Virus record (IMG/VR): IMGVR_UViG_3300042402_002564
Coordinates: 124,001-188,000 of that record
Strand: one strand, 5' to 3'
Length of the DNA stretch: 64,000 nucleotides
The notes under the pieces are model-generated. The model was not told the origin of the DNA and searched no databases. It was given only the letters and a program-made list of their open reading frames with translations. Shown piece after piece: positions 18,501-28,700 of the stretch. Positions within the stretch are counted from its first letter, which is position 1. Every line of letters begins with the position of its first letter. The position numbers and the translations under genes are program-made.

Positions 18501-21169
18501 ATCAATTTAATGGTATTACTACACAGTTTACATTAAAGCAAAATAGCTTAGATGTAGATGGTTTGACGGCAGGTAACGCTGTTATTCTTATTGATGATAT
18601 ATTCCAAGGTCCTCAAAGACTTGGTAACGTATTGACTAATATTCTTGGTGATTACAAAATCGAAGAATCTGCTGGCGTATCTACTTTAGGATTTACTGGC
18701 AATATAGCAAATTATAGTTTAACTCAAGACATTAATGTTAATAGAGTTCCAAAAGGTGGTGTAATTGTTTCAGTTGGTTCTTCAAATGGATTTGGATATC
18801 AACCATTGGTTTCTGCTGGTGGAACTGCAATAGTTTCAATTGCTGGCACTATACAATCAATATCAATAGGAAATTCTGGTTCTGGATATAGAGTTGGTAT
18901 TCAAACTATAGTTAATATTGGAGTTCAAACATATAGTTCTGGAACTCCTAATATAACTTTTGTTGGATATGCAACAGTATTAAATGGTAATGTTGTTGGT
19001 CCTGTAGTAATTACAAATCCAGGTAGTGGTTTTACGTCATCAAATCCACCAGAAGTTATCTTCGATGACCCATTAAGTTATTCAAATATCCCACTAATTT
19101 ATTCTTCAGATTCTCCACCAAATGGAATTGGAACTGGTGCGATTGTTGATATTGTAGTTGGTCAAGGTTCCAGTGTAATTAATTTTGAATTTAAAAATTA
19201 TGGCTATGCTTATGGACAGGGAGACATTCTAACAGTTCCTGTAGGTGGTCTATCTGGAATACCAACATCTTCTGGACTACCATTTAATGAATTTAAAGTT
19301 TTTGTGGATTCCACATATAGATCTAAGTTCTCTGGATGGAATGTTGGTGATTTCTTAGTATTAGATAATATTGAACAATTCTTTAATGGAAGAAGAAGAC
19401 TGTTCCCATTAAGTATTAATGGAGAAAGAATTTCTTTCTTTGCAAGACAGAATTCTGGAATTGATTTACAATCTAACCTTTTAGTATTTGTTAATGATAT
19501 TTTACAAACTCCTGGAGAAGGATATACCTTCACTGGTGGTAGCGTTTTAAGATTTAGTGAAGCACCAAAAGGAGGTATCGCTGGTATTTCTACGAAAGGT
19601 GATAGATGTAAACTATTAATTTATACTGGAACACAAACCATTGACGTTAAACAAGTTGATGTTTTACCAACTGTAAAAATTGGAGATGAAGTTCAACTTT
19701 ATAATGATACAGATGAAACCTTAAATCAAGAAGATAGATTGGTAATTGATATTAGTGCTGCAGATACAATTATTACCAACAACTATGCTGGTCAAGGTGT
19801 TGTTGCAGATGAATTATTTGAAAGACCAATTAGTTGGTGTAAACAGACAGTAGATAAAATTATTGATGAAAATGAAGTGGCTAAAGATAGAATTTATTAT
19901 GAACCAGCAATAACACCATCTACAAATATTTTACATAATGTTGGATTAGGTTCTACTGCTATTTTTGTATCTTCACTAAGACCATTTTTTGATTATCCTT
20001 TAGAAGGAATATCTATTGATGAAAAAACTACAATAGAATTAGTATCACAAGAAGATTTAGTTACTGCTACCGCAGAAGCAATAATTTCTGTAGGAGGAAC
20101 AGTATCTTCAATATCAGTAACAAATCCAGGATTTGGATATACCGTTGCACCAATGGTTACTATACAGTCTCCAGGATATGCAACGTCAGTATCTTCTACT
20201 GCCACAGGAATAGCATCAATTTCTTCTGGTATAGTTACATCTATTCAAGTTAGTTTTGGTGGAACTGGATATGTTTATGGTCCAGTTGAAGCATTATCAA
20301 TTTCTGCTCAAGGTTTAGGGTTCCCAAGAATTGATCCATCTACAAATAGGTTTATCAAAGCTAAATTAAAATCAAAAACTGGAATTGGTGTTAATGCTAC
20401 TGCTACTATTACTTTAAATCCATTTACTTATAACATTACAACATTAGAAATAATTGATGGTGGTTATAATTATCAACTTGGTGATCAATTATTCATAGAC
20501 ACTTTTGATAATGTTGGACTAGCATCAACACAAAGAAAATATGCTTTGACTAGACCAATGGAATTTACAGTATCTGCCATTAAACCCCCAGTCGTTTTAG
20601 TATCCCCTCCAGCTAGAAAAATTGAATCTATATTCTCAGTCACTTATTCTGGTGATTATGGAAATATAGTTGGTGTTGGAACTACTAATGTTGGAATTTC
20701 TACAGGAGTAGTATTTGATTTTTATATTCCATTAAATTCCATTTTAAGAAGAGATTATTCTATCTTTACATCAGGAATTCAAACAGGTCAGTATTTTGTA
20801 GTTACAGATTCATCTCTAGGTAATTCTTCAGTATCTTTAACATCTTCCAATGGTGTATTGGGAATTGGTTCTACATGTTTAGATAATGTATATGAAGTTA
20901 TATCAACTTCTCTAATTAATAGATATATTCCTTCTGATGGTATAACAACAAGTGTTGTTAGAGTTGTGACAAAAATTGCTAACTATAATGGTTTGACTGG
21001 AATAGCATCTACAGCATTCTATGGCAATTATAGTTGGGGTAGAATAGATACTCCAATTAGAACAAGACCAGTTGAATTTAACATTGAAACAAATCAATTT
21101 GTTGGCATATCATCAAATCCAATAGTAAGAAGGGCATTCCCATTAAAATATCTTGGATATATTGTTTAA
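9542..21169 (+). CDS. gp7: very large baseplate wedge initiator gp7-like protein (3875 aa)
   Basis: N-terminal QLPEF...FY.SKG...F.ILF; position between gp6 and gp8; YHYH-type HSPIIGWAYDGNPIYGP; DNDYYQYFSYSLKS...LNHTAGFKKF. Confidence 0.85.
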   Translation: MLNSRVKIRNLLEGQLPEFLRESYPEFQQLLTEYYKSSESQGAPLDLLNNIDQYVKIDNLAEITYYSELSANITENDDVILVDSTDGFPNNYGLLQINDEIISYESKTNTSFVNCSRGFSGITSYRDVDKDTLIFSTSNSDSHFSGSTVYNLSNFFLRELFKKFKSQYVPGFDNIDFFPDVNEKLFISKVKDFYSSKGAITSFEILFKALYGQIVKVVKPKDFIIQPSDADYRITRDLVVEQYLGNPENLLNLTLFQDQTESITKASGTITKIEKIYRNSKEYYQLSLDYNPDIEEFEFTIHPKTAIVSDVTQNQTYLDVDSTLGFPTSGVLSVKVDGLEYLISYSDKSSTQFLGCADVPFIPRGTRTETLDYAYAIDRFGNEVRVKVTGVISSLDYNPEETYYYRENDEIQLVSLGRLGNKPKHNEWIFNITPTYDVVSITQLTNKINGAARFRLVTKDENIFTVGDPAIIKSNTGLILDAFVISVSDKNTIDINLTVDVDKSLKYTITKDISKVNCINYPELNVLSSDVQNVYIDKNDVYVTSASLPNYYNVPLSLKDYSIVFSGEFNGEDLVLGDHPFYTGDSIFYKSQSPTNKLNIEDGIYYVKKVNESTIKLASSKSNLYNDIFISLFGTISDNKIQLSRFYNLSPKSQKLVRKISDPVDEGISYETESGQTGILKNGVEILNYKSNDFVYYGEIEDLKVTSSGDSNYDVISPPILHISDAVGSGATGVCNVVGSLKRINIIDGGYGYISEPKITIIGGNGFGASAKANLISITNSVKFNAGDQYDQVNLSNSTIGFTTDHRFFDTEQVVYKCGIQTSIGGLTNDSIYYVGVIDRFTINLYSSLKDSISGINTISFTSYGDGLHTIDSFEKRKKISSIDVISSGENYQNKTLFFNPSDVNIYSDTITIKNHRYKDKEIVNYNSTQSLISGLSSTTDYYVKVIDNDHIKLSLVGIGTSISEDFYFNKNRFISLGTKGTGIHKLIYKPITISIESPVGITTFSGQDFDAKVQAIFRGNIDSISLSNKGKHYGDEEIINYNRQPLVTLLNGDSALITPIVSNTGQVIDAIINNRGFYYNSPPELIIDGDGVGCILTPVIKDGKIVEVKIINTGFGYNKNNTFVRVVSPGSGAKFEAQIKNWRINLVERLIDTNQIRFDDGVLSLGKNERYGLQYCHPYIPRELRRKSLSTSLGEDGTVIYRNDILNDDLTLKYHSPIIGWAYDGNPIYGPYGYGDREGGLVKRMTSGYSLRPKPDRPSSYPIGLFVEDYEFSGEGDLDIYNGRYCKTPEFPNGVYAYFSTINAQKDSSGIFNGFLRPVFPYFIGNYYKSNPIRFNFDLLSNQDFIDINQTKWLRNTTPYSVFLNNSYYDGFVQPDKFIQNYPIITSTVPGFVDELKVVNFGDNYSINDNIFFNNEGSSGSGAYASIKEISGRSVQNIVYNSSVIDNVEIVPYNNSGTFIGFATEPHNLSVSDLIRIQNLSNLNTQFDGIYKVGITTNQLTLTQNIPNSSITGIVTYINVIGTLTIPDLSVNDVLGIGTEKVKVLEVDTPSSRIKVRREYDSTLGVAHSQGITIQEYPRKFFVNIGLTDISNYKLNKELYFYPAEAISIPSENVLPYSNPVDFSNWSSYVVGSGSTVTVTYYNHPAPNNTISAAKVQVGVVTSTEISGILNGPVTLSSDDYTISVFLKGQFGGEIVYLIVEDGSNFIAQQLVLTSSWKRYSVSGTANAGPHDFFVGGWGPQGYTIPESTFYIWGAQIESGNVLTPYIKTESSIVLRADNEVGTTYFSNPGFGIKEVIIPQNSIYLPGHNLNTGDTLIYKNNGNNSIQVSFATTTFPLANNSELFAVRYSDTFIGISTIKVGLGTTGSYVGIGTTALGNILTFSGYGTGLDHSFVTNYDNIISGDIYRKDAVVTTDREHGLRVSDIIDINVISGIQTTVYISYDDLNRRLLVNPRSFTALNVDTNENTISILNHGFELGFKVIHNSQTPTGGLNNAQIYYIIPISENLIKLSNNYYSSILSSTEVEFVDLTSASFGTLTPINPEIKAIANSTVIFDLSDQSLSINGVPSFDFNLYTDSQFKNKFFNTQSNLKQFNVFKSGTIGIDGGRLTLIIDENVPKNLYYTLTPINYDGASAAKLEYFEDDFNVKNNNKFSIVQSEFSKRTTITGVTTNTFRYSLVNTPEKSGYTVSEGITTYFTNSPSAIGPVYSTNVSSKGRGYRKLPTVVNISSGLGTNAIFLPASKTLGKASEVEITDIGFDYPVDYTLRPYAKFPNVFKIEPLSKFKEIKIISPGVNYFVPPQLLVLDGFTGRVNDEVDLRYQIGDIEVTIVRNTTGLYNVKPVIIPINNPNGTRISNISYNSTTKEVTVGLGISYTSEDQFPFIIGEKVIVENTNIDLVEGGRGYNSANYGYVLFEIIDANSNIGVEEDPFIVYSLQSLLGPNQSPGIYDSFESFGTVTPERYFPSFDIKLEKDSFRAGEIVTTDSGSIGVVQNYDQANEYLKIRTKYQFNVNDLIVGASSGNKGVISSVEGAEGIFDVRSNSITRKGWQKQTGYLSDGLQRIHDNDYYQYFSYSLKSPVSYEIWNPVVSNLNHTAGFKKFGELSIESFNADEVGISTSQDFGALIAISDLVEVVDLNCVKDFDVAREKSILIDETLVSNEIIFRLPFLQRYQEFIGNRVLKIDDISNQFDNNTRSFDLYSNNYPIFKVQFNASDPNIVDLADASVNLINHYFVSGEEVEYIPQDNDFNNAIEIVPTFISGIGVTTKLPPSIYVIKVDNQRIRFASSPENALLFNPVSINLTSVGIGSTHIFKSKIQNTKALITINGTIQTPIVGTAITSALSNSVGIGSTIIGVVGISSFFGGDLIQINEEIMKITAVSSASTTFTVLRSWMGTVESSHNTNDQIIKLSGTYNIIDNTINFIEPMWGNLPIGFGTTATSSGEIDYAGLTTSSRFSGRVFIRSALNQAFTTSFVRAYETNYIFDDISDQFNGITTQFTLKQNSLDVDGLTAGNAVILIDDIFQGPQRLGNVLTNILGDYKIEESAGVSTLGFTGNIANYSLTQDINVNRVPKGGVIVSVGSSNGFGYQPLVSAGGTAIVSIAGTIQSISIGNSGSGYRVGIQTIVNIGVQTYSSGTPNITFVGYATVLNGNVVGPVVITNPGSGFTSSNPPEVIFDDPLSYSNIPLIYSSDSPPNGIGTGAIVDIVVGQGSSVINFEFKNYGYAYGQGDILTVPVGGLSGIPTSSGLPFNEFKVFVDSTYRSKFSGWNVGDFLVLDNIEQFFNGRRRLFPLSINGERISFFARQNSGIDLQSNLLVFVNDILQTPGEGYTFTGGSVLRFSEAPKGGIAGISTKGDRCKLLIYTGTQTIDVKQVDVLPTVKIGDEVQLYNDTDETLNQEDRLVIDISAADTIITNNYAGQGVVADELFERPISWCKQTVDKIIDENEVAKDRIYYEPAITPSTNILHNVGLGSTAIFVSSLRPFFDYPLEGISIDEKTTIELVSQEDLVTATAEAIISVGGTVSSISVTNPGFGYTVAPMVTIQSPGYATSVSSTATGIASISSGIVTSIQVSFGGTGYVYGPVEALSISAQGLGFPRIDPSTNRFIKAKLKSKTGIGVNATATITLNPFTYNITTLEIIDGGYNYQLGDQLFIDTFDNVGLASTQRKYALTRPMEFTVSAIKPPVVLVSPPARKIESIFSVTYSGDYGNIVGVGTTNVGISTGVVFDFYIPLNSILRRDYSIFTSGIQTGQYFVVTDSSLGNSSVSLTSSNGVLGIGSTCLDNVYEVISTSLINRYIPSDGITTSVVRVVTKIANYNGLTGIASTAFYGNYSWGRIDTPIRTRPVEFNIETNQFVGISSNPIVRRAFPLKYLGYIV

Positions 21170-21175
21170 TAAATA
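21169..21175 (+). promoter_or_regulatory. late promoter
   Basis: ATAAATA upstream of gp8. Confidence 0.7.
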
Positions 21176-21197
21176 GAACAAAATAAGCTAATAGGCA

Positions 21198-22781
21198 ATG
21201 TCTGCAATTATAACTGATCAATTGAGAATTAAAAATGCTAGGTCATTTATAAATGAAATTAGATCTAGTGATAATTCATATTACACTTTTATTGGTCTTC
21301 CTAATGCGTCGGAAATAAGTTCTACATGGGATTCTTATCCACCCCCACCAAAAGATAGTTTTAATGAACAAAATGATTATTGGGATAGTATTATAGCATT
21401 AAAAAAAATTGGAGTAGATGATGTAAGGCCAGTTGTTAGAAGAATTCCCTGGGTTTCTGCTACAATTTATGATATGTATCGTCATGATGTAACACGAACT
21501 AATCTATCCAGACCATCCAATAAAACTAGTTTATATTCTTCAAACTTTTATGTAGTTAATAGCGAATACAGAGTTTATATTTGTTTAAATAACGGGGTAG
21601 ATCCAGAAAACCCAAACGGAAGACCATCATTAGATGAACCTAAATTTACAGATTTAGAACCAAGATCTGCTGGTATTAGTGGTGATGGTTATATTTGGAA
21701 GTATTTGTTTACTATTAGTCCAAGTGATGTAATAAAATTTGATTCTATTAATTTTATTCCATTACCAGTTGATTGGGAAACAAACACCGATTATGCTTCA
21801 GTTAGAAATAATGCTTTAAGTAGCGGACAAATAAAAATTTCTACTATTACTAATAGAGGATTTTTAGTTGGTCCACCAAATACAACTTACTCTAGAGTAC
21901 CTATAAAGGGTGATGGATTTGGTGCTGAGGCAACAATAGTTGTAAATAATGATTCTAAAGTAGAATCAATTACCATTACTAATGGTGGAACAGGATATAC
22001 ATACGGTTCAGTAGATTTAATTGGTGGAAATGTACCTTTAGGTAACACCACACCAACTTTTGATGTTATTATTCCTCCAAGTAATGGACACGGATATGAC
22101 ATTTACAGAGAACTTGGTTCTACAAATGTTCTAATTTATTCTAGAATAGAAAATAATGATCAAAATCCAGATTTTGTTACTGGGACAAAAATTGCTAGAA
22201 TTGGTATTGTAGAAAATCCAAACTCATTTGAATCAAATACTATTTTGACTGATGATAGAGCTAGTGGTGTTTATGCCTTAATGTTAAAAGGATTAAGTCC
22301 AAATACTGATGATTATAAGATAACTACTTTTCAACCAAATGCAATTATAACTCAGACAGTTGGTACTGGTGTAACAGCAGTTGGAAAAGTAATTTCATAT
22401 GATCAAACAACAGGAGTTTTGAGATATTGGCAAGACCGCACAATGGTCGGTTTTAATACAGATGGAACACAGAATCAATCTCCAAAATATGGATATAATA
22501 TAAATCGTTTTACTTCAGAAATTACTGGTTCTGGCACATTAAGAATTGTTGGTGGTAATAAAGATTTATATATTGATTCTGGATTTGGTTCAGAAAACAA
22601 TCCTGGTATAAGTACTGTCATAAATAATAAAACATATTACCTAGGACAAACTTTTATTAGTGGGGTATCAAATCCAGAAGTTCAAAAATATTCTGGAAAT
22701 ATTCTTTATGTCGATAATAGACCTTCGATAACAAGATCTATAAACCAAAGAGAAGATATTAAAGTAGTGTTGCAATTCTAA
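21198..22781 (+). CDS. gp8: baseplate wedge subunit gp8
   Basis: MSAIITDQLRI.NA, YRVYICL.N, DGYIWKYL, SG.ILYVDNR..ITR..NQ.EDIK. Confidence 0.93.
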   Translation: MSAIITDQLRIKNARSFINEIRSSDNSYYTFIGLPNASEISSTWDSYPPPPKDSFNEQNDYWDSIIALKKIGVDDVRPVVRRIPWVSATIYDMYRHDVTRTNLSRPSNKTSLYSSNFYVVNSEYRVYICLNNGVDPENPNGRPSLDEPKFTDLEPRSAGISGDGYIWKYLFTISPSDVIKFDSINFIPLPVDWETNTDYASVRNNALSSGQIKISTITNRGFLVGPPNTTYSRVPIKGDGFGAEATIVVNNDSKVESITITNGGTGYTYGSVDLIGGNVPLGNTTPTFDVIIPPSNGHGYDIYRELGSTNVLIYSRIENNDQNPDFVTGTKIARIGIVENPNSFESNTILTDDRASGVYALMLKGLSPNTDDYKITTFQPNAIITQTVGTGVTAVGKVISYDQTTGVLRYWQDRTMVGFNTDGTQNQSPKYGYNINRFTSEITGSGTLRIVGGNKDLYIDSGFGSENNPGISTVINNKTYYLGQTFISGVSNPEVQKYSGNILYVDNRPSITRSINQREDIKVVLQF

Positions 22782-22787
22782 CAAACC

Positions 22788-25700
22788 ATGCCAAAAGAAA
22801 CTAATTTAAATGTATCCCCATATTTTGACGATTTTGATCCAGAAAAACAATATTATCAGGTTCTTTTTAAACCAGGATTACCAGTACAAGCAAGAGAGTT
22901 AACCTCTTTACAGTCCGTACTACAAAATCAAATTGAGCAGTTAGGAAACCATTTATTTAAAGAGGGTTCTGTAGTTATACCTGGTCAAATTAATTACAAT
23001 AATAGTCTTTTTGCAGTAGAAGTAGAATCAGAATATCTCGGAATCCCCTTTGCAAGTTATGCTAGTGAGTTGCTAGGTAAGGTAATAAGGGGAGAAAATT
23101 CTAATGTAAGTGCAAAGGTAGTTCTAATAATAGGTCCAGAATTTTCGGAAAGAGGATATCATACAATTTATATAAATTATCTCAGTTCTGGAACTGATGA
23201 AAGACAAGCATTTGCTAATGGGGAAACATTATTATTAGAAGAAAATTTAGTATTAAATAATTTAAACTTCCAATCTGGACAAGGATTTGCTATTACTGCA
23301 CCTACAGATTGTACTAGTACTGGTTCTGCACTATTTTTATCAGAGGGAATTTATTTTCTTAGAGGATCTTTTGTTAAAGTTGATGAGCAAGTATTAATAT
23401 TAGAGCCACACGCAAATAATCCATCCTATAGAGTTGGATTTGAAATATTAGAGGAAGTTATTACTTCTTCTCAAGATCAATCTTTAAATGATAATGCTAA
23501 AGGATTTAATAATTATGCAGCACCAGGTGCTGATAGATTAAAAATAACTGCATCTCTTACTAAAAAACCTTTAGATTCTGAAAAAAATGAAAATTTTATA
23601 GAATTTTTAATAGTAAGAAATGGAACAGTTTCTCATATTAATGAAACACCAGAATATAATGTAATTGTAGATGAATTAGCAAGAAGAACATATGACCAAT
23701 CTGGTGATTTTTATGTAAAACCATTTTCAATAGTTTCTAGAGAATCTTTAAATGATAGTAAAGGTAATAATGGAATTTTTAATTCTAATCAGTTAACTTA
23801 TGGTAATTTAACACCAAATTCTAGCTTGGGTGTTTACAAAATATCTCCAGGTAAAGCATTCATTAAGGGATATGAAGTAAACGTAAGAGGAGTTACTTTT
23901 CTAGATTTTGAAAAAACAAGAACTACAAAAACTTTAGAGAATCAAAAAATAAATTTCATTACTGGACCAACATTAACTTTAAACAGAGTTTTTGGTGCTC
24001 CAACAATTGGATTTACAACCGATAATACAATTAGTTTAAGAGACCAAAGAATAGGTGTAGCACATTCAATATTTGCAGGAAAAGAAATTGGTGTTGCTAG
24101 AGTATATGATTATGCCTTAGAATCTGGTTCTTATTCTTCTTTTGACCAAAATCTAAATGAGTGGGATATTGCACTGTATGATATTCAGACTTATACTGAA
24201 ATTACATTAAATGAACCTTTAACATTAACTGCACCAACTTTTATTGAAGGAAAATCTAGCGGTGCAACTGCATACTTAAGATATAATACCACTTCTGGAA
24301 TTATAACCGCATATAATGGTCAAGGAAAATTCATTTATGGTGAAAAATTAATATTTAATGGAATCGAAGGAAACCGAGTATCTACAGCAATTACTGCTTA
24401 TAGTATTGATGATGTAAAATCATTATACTCTTTAGTTGGATCTGGCATTACATTTAACGCGGATGTCAAACCACAATTAAAATTATCATATGGTCAAGTT
24501 AGAATATCTCCAAAATCTGGTGCAGCACCAGGAATTTGTACAGTAACTTCAAATGATTTAGTATTTTTAAATGCAGTAAAGCCTGGTGATTTAGTATCAT
24601 TTACAAATCCAGCAATTAATAATGCACAATTAAAAACGTTTGCAAAAATTGTAAGCGTAACTGATGATTTTAACATTATAATTTCTGGAATAACAACAGT
24701 ATCTAACATATGTGATGGTGGATTACCAACATCTCAAATTACCCCTGTAGATTTTTCTATTTTAAAATCTAAATTCCAATCATCATCAGATAATACTTTA
24801 TATACACCATTACCTAAAAAATGGATATCTAATGTTAATTTAACAAATTCTAATTTGACAATTAGAAAAGAATTTGATGTAACTATTACTGCAAATACAA
24901 CTAATACTATTCAAGCCGATGAAGATGAATTTTTCTTACCTTTTGATGAAGAAAGATATGTTTTAGTAAATTCTTCTGGGTATATTGAGCCATTAACTCC
25001 AGATAAATTTAGATATACTAATGGAAACAGAGAAATAAGAATCTTTGGTGTAAACAGTGTTGGATCAGCAAGATTAATTGCAACTCTAGAAAAAATCAAT
25101 ATAAAAAATAAAGTAAAAAATATAAGTAGAGTAAATTCAATAATTGTTAATAAATCAAATCTTGCCCAATCAGGAATTGGTTCTACAACACTAAATGATG
25201 GATTATCTTATGGAAATTATGGATATGGATTAAGAGTTCAAGATAAAGAATTGTGCTTGTTAGTTCCAGACGTAACTAAGGTATATGGAATTTTTGAATC
25301 TTCAGACACCACAGATCCAAAATTACCAAGAATATCATTGTTCAATTTAAATGGACCTACTGGAAGAGTTGACGATTTAATAATAGGTGAAGAGTTTATC
25401 GGTAGAGAAAGTGGTGCTGTTGGTATATTTGTAAACAAAGTAGACAGTTTGAATTTAGAATTTATATACTTAAATGAATTAAGATTAAAGTTAAATGAAA
25501 CCATAGAGTTTAAAGAAACAAGTATTAGAGGTGTTGTTAATGGATTTGTTGAAGGTGATTCAAATATTACAAATAGATATCTTTTAGACAGTGGACAAAA
25601 AGAGACTATTTGCGACTATTCAAAATTGATTAGAATTACTAATAATAAAGAACCAAAAAGAAAATTAAGAATTATATTTGAAGCATCCCAATATTCATCT

Positions 25701-28700
25701 TCAGATAGTGGTGATTTAACAACAGCATCTTCATATGATCAAATAAATTACTGCGACTTACCTTTAATTAATGATAGTACTAGACTTACTGATATTTTAG
25801 ATATTAGACCAAGGGTATTACCATTTAATCCAGAATCTAGTGTTTCACCATTCGAATTCTTTGGCAGAACTTTTTCAGAAGAGAATAATTCATCAAAAAA
25901 TATAATTGCATCTGATGAATCTATAACTTTAACTTATTCATTCTATTTACCAAGAATAGATAAAATTTATTTGAATAAGAATAGAAGATTCCAATTAATC
26001 AATGGTATTCCTTCAGAGAATCCATTACCACCAATTCCAATTGACGATTCATTGGAAGTTGCAACAATAAATCTTCCACCATATATTTGTAACGCTAATT
26101 CTTTAGATATATCATTAAAACAGCATAAGCGTTATAGAATGCAAGATGTTGCCCAACTTGAAGATAGAATCAAAAACTTAGAATATTACACCGCATTATC
26201 ATTATTAGAAACAAATACAGAAAATTTATTTGTACCTGATGAAAATGGATTATCTAGATTTAAATCTGGAATTTTTGTAGATAATTTTTCAACTAGAAAT
26301 TCTCAAGTAAAAGTAGGTCCAGTAAAAAATAGTATTGACCCAGCAAATCTAGAATTGAGACCTTCACCATTCACAACAGAAATTGATTTACAAATAGGTT
26401 CTAAATCACTTATTGGTATTGGTACTACCGCATCCCCAATTGCAGACACAAAATTTGTAAATGATCTCGTTGGAAATAATGTAAGAAGAACTGGACAATT
26501 AATTACACTGGATTATGATGAAGTAGTTGAAATAAAACAACCCTTTGCGACAAGAGTTGAAAACGTAGTTCCTTACTTAGTAATATCTTATAAAGGAACT
26601 ATTGAATTATTCCCATCTTCTGATATTTGGATAGACCAAGTAAGATTAGAACCACAAAGATTAGAATTAGACCTGTATACAGAGTCTAGAGAAGAATTAA
26701 TACATTCTGGTTTCGATCCACAAACAGGTTTAACTCCAGTAACATGGGATGCTTGGGAAGCTACTTGGACAGGTAGTACTACATCAGTACAAAATTCTGC
26801 AGTATTTGCTGGATCTACTTCTAATCAAATAGGAAGAACTATAACAACAACAAATACTTTCCGAAATATTCAAACAACAACAGTAACTAGAACTGGAACT
26901 GAAACTAGATCTGGTTCTCAATTGAGATTAGCTGAACAAGTTGATGTTGTTAATGAAGGAGATAGAGTTGTTAGCACTTCTGTCATTCCATTCATGAGAT
27001 CTAGGAATGTTGAATTTACTGGAAAATCATTTAGACCTTTTACTAGACTATACACATTTTTTGATGGTGTAGATGTAAATAGATTTGTTTTACCAAAATT
27101 AATTGAAATTGAAATGATCACTGGTAAATTTAATGTTGGTGAGATTATAACTGGTAGAATGTCAACTGGAACTGAAACTGAAATTAATGACTCTACTCCA
27201 TTTATAACTTTTAGAGTTGCAAAATCAAATCATAAGTATGGTCCTATTTCCAATCCTACAGATACATTTACTGTAAGTCCATATAATCAGTCATATACAA
27301 TTCCAGAAGAATATTCTAGTTCTTCAATTCTTCTTAATGTTGATACTGCATCACTATCAGATATAACTCAAGGTTTGTATAGAGGATTCATACAAACAGG
27401 TATGAGATTGAGAGGTGAAGAGGGTGAAGCAGTTATAACAAATGTAAGATTGTTTACAGACCATGTAGGGACTCTTATAGGTTCATTCTTTATTCCAAAC
27501 CCAAATATTATATCAAATCCATCTTTTGAAACTGGAATTAAATTATTTAAATTAACAAGTAGCTCTACAAATAGTTCTGTTGGTGGACTTGTTAGCACAG
27601 ATGGTGAAGAGCAATATTTTGCTCAAGGTACAATTAATAATCAACAAGAAACTATTAGAACTACTAGAAAACCAAGATTTGATGAAGAGACAGTAAGTGA
27701 ATCTAGAGCGGCAGTAGATGTACAATCAACTACTGCAGTAAGTACATTTACAACTGTTAGTACTATTACATTACCGCCACCACCACCACCAGATCCACCA
27801 TGGGGAGGAGACCCACTAGGACAATCATTCTTTATTACTAATAATACTGGAGTTTTTGTAACTGCTGTTGATGTTTTCTTTAATACTAAAGACGAAACAC
27901 TTCCAGTAACAGTTCAGCTTAGACCTGTTGTTAATGGTGTTCCATCTACAGAAGTATATCCATTTGGTGAAGTTGTTGTTGAATCTAAAGATGTTGTTAC
28001 TTCTTCAGACGGTTCATTACCAACTAAAGTATTATTCCCTTCCCCAATTTATTTAAATCCAAATTCAGAAAATGCTATTGTATTATTAGCACAATCATAT
28101 GAATACACTGTTTGGATTTCTAGAATGGGTGAAATTGACATTGGTACTTTATCTCAACCAGAATCTAGACAGGTTCTAGTTTCTGCACAACCAATGCTTG
28201 GTTCTTTATTCAAGTCACAAAATGGTTCCACTTGGACACCTAGCCAATATGAAGATTTAAAATTCAATCTATATTCGGCAAGATTTAAGGGTAGTAATGG
28301 ATCTATAACATTCTATAATCCAGAATTATCAGAAGGTAACGCACAAATTGCAACTCTATTAAAAGATTCTTTAGAATTTAATGCTAAAAAAATTATTGTA
28401 ACTTTAAATGATACTGTAGATTTATCTGGAGTAGATTTGGGTAATACTATTATTCAAATGAATAATAATGCTTTTGCAAATTATGTTGGTGCTGGTGGTT
28501 CTGCTTCTGGAAATTTAAATATTGTTAATCCTGGTATTGGATATACACCATCTAATGGTTCATCGTTTACATTCACTAATATTCCTCTGGTATCTTCTAC
28601 TGGAAATGGTAAAAATGCGACTGCTAATATTACTATTGGAACTGTTAATGGATTAAATGGTGTTGCTATTGCTGCAACAATATCCAATGGAGGTTCTGGT

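Noticed and set aside
27773-27800. CCA-repeat microsatellite
   Set aside because: Encodes the poly-Pro linker before the DPLGQSF motif of the VrlC-like protein; an ordinary coding linker.
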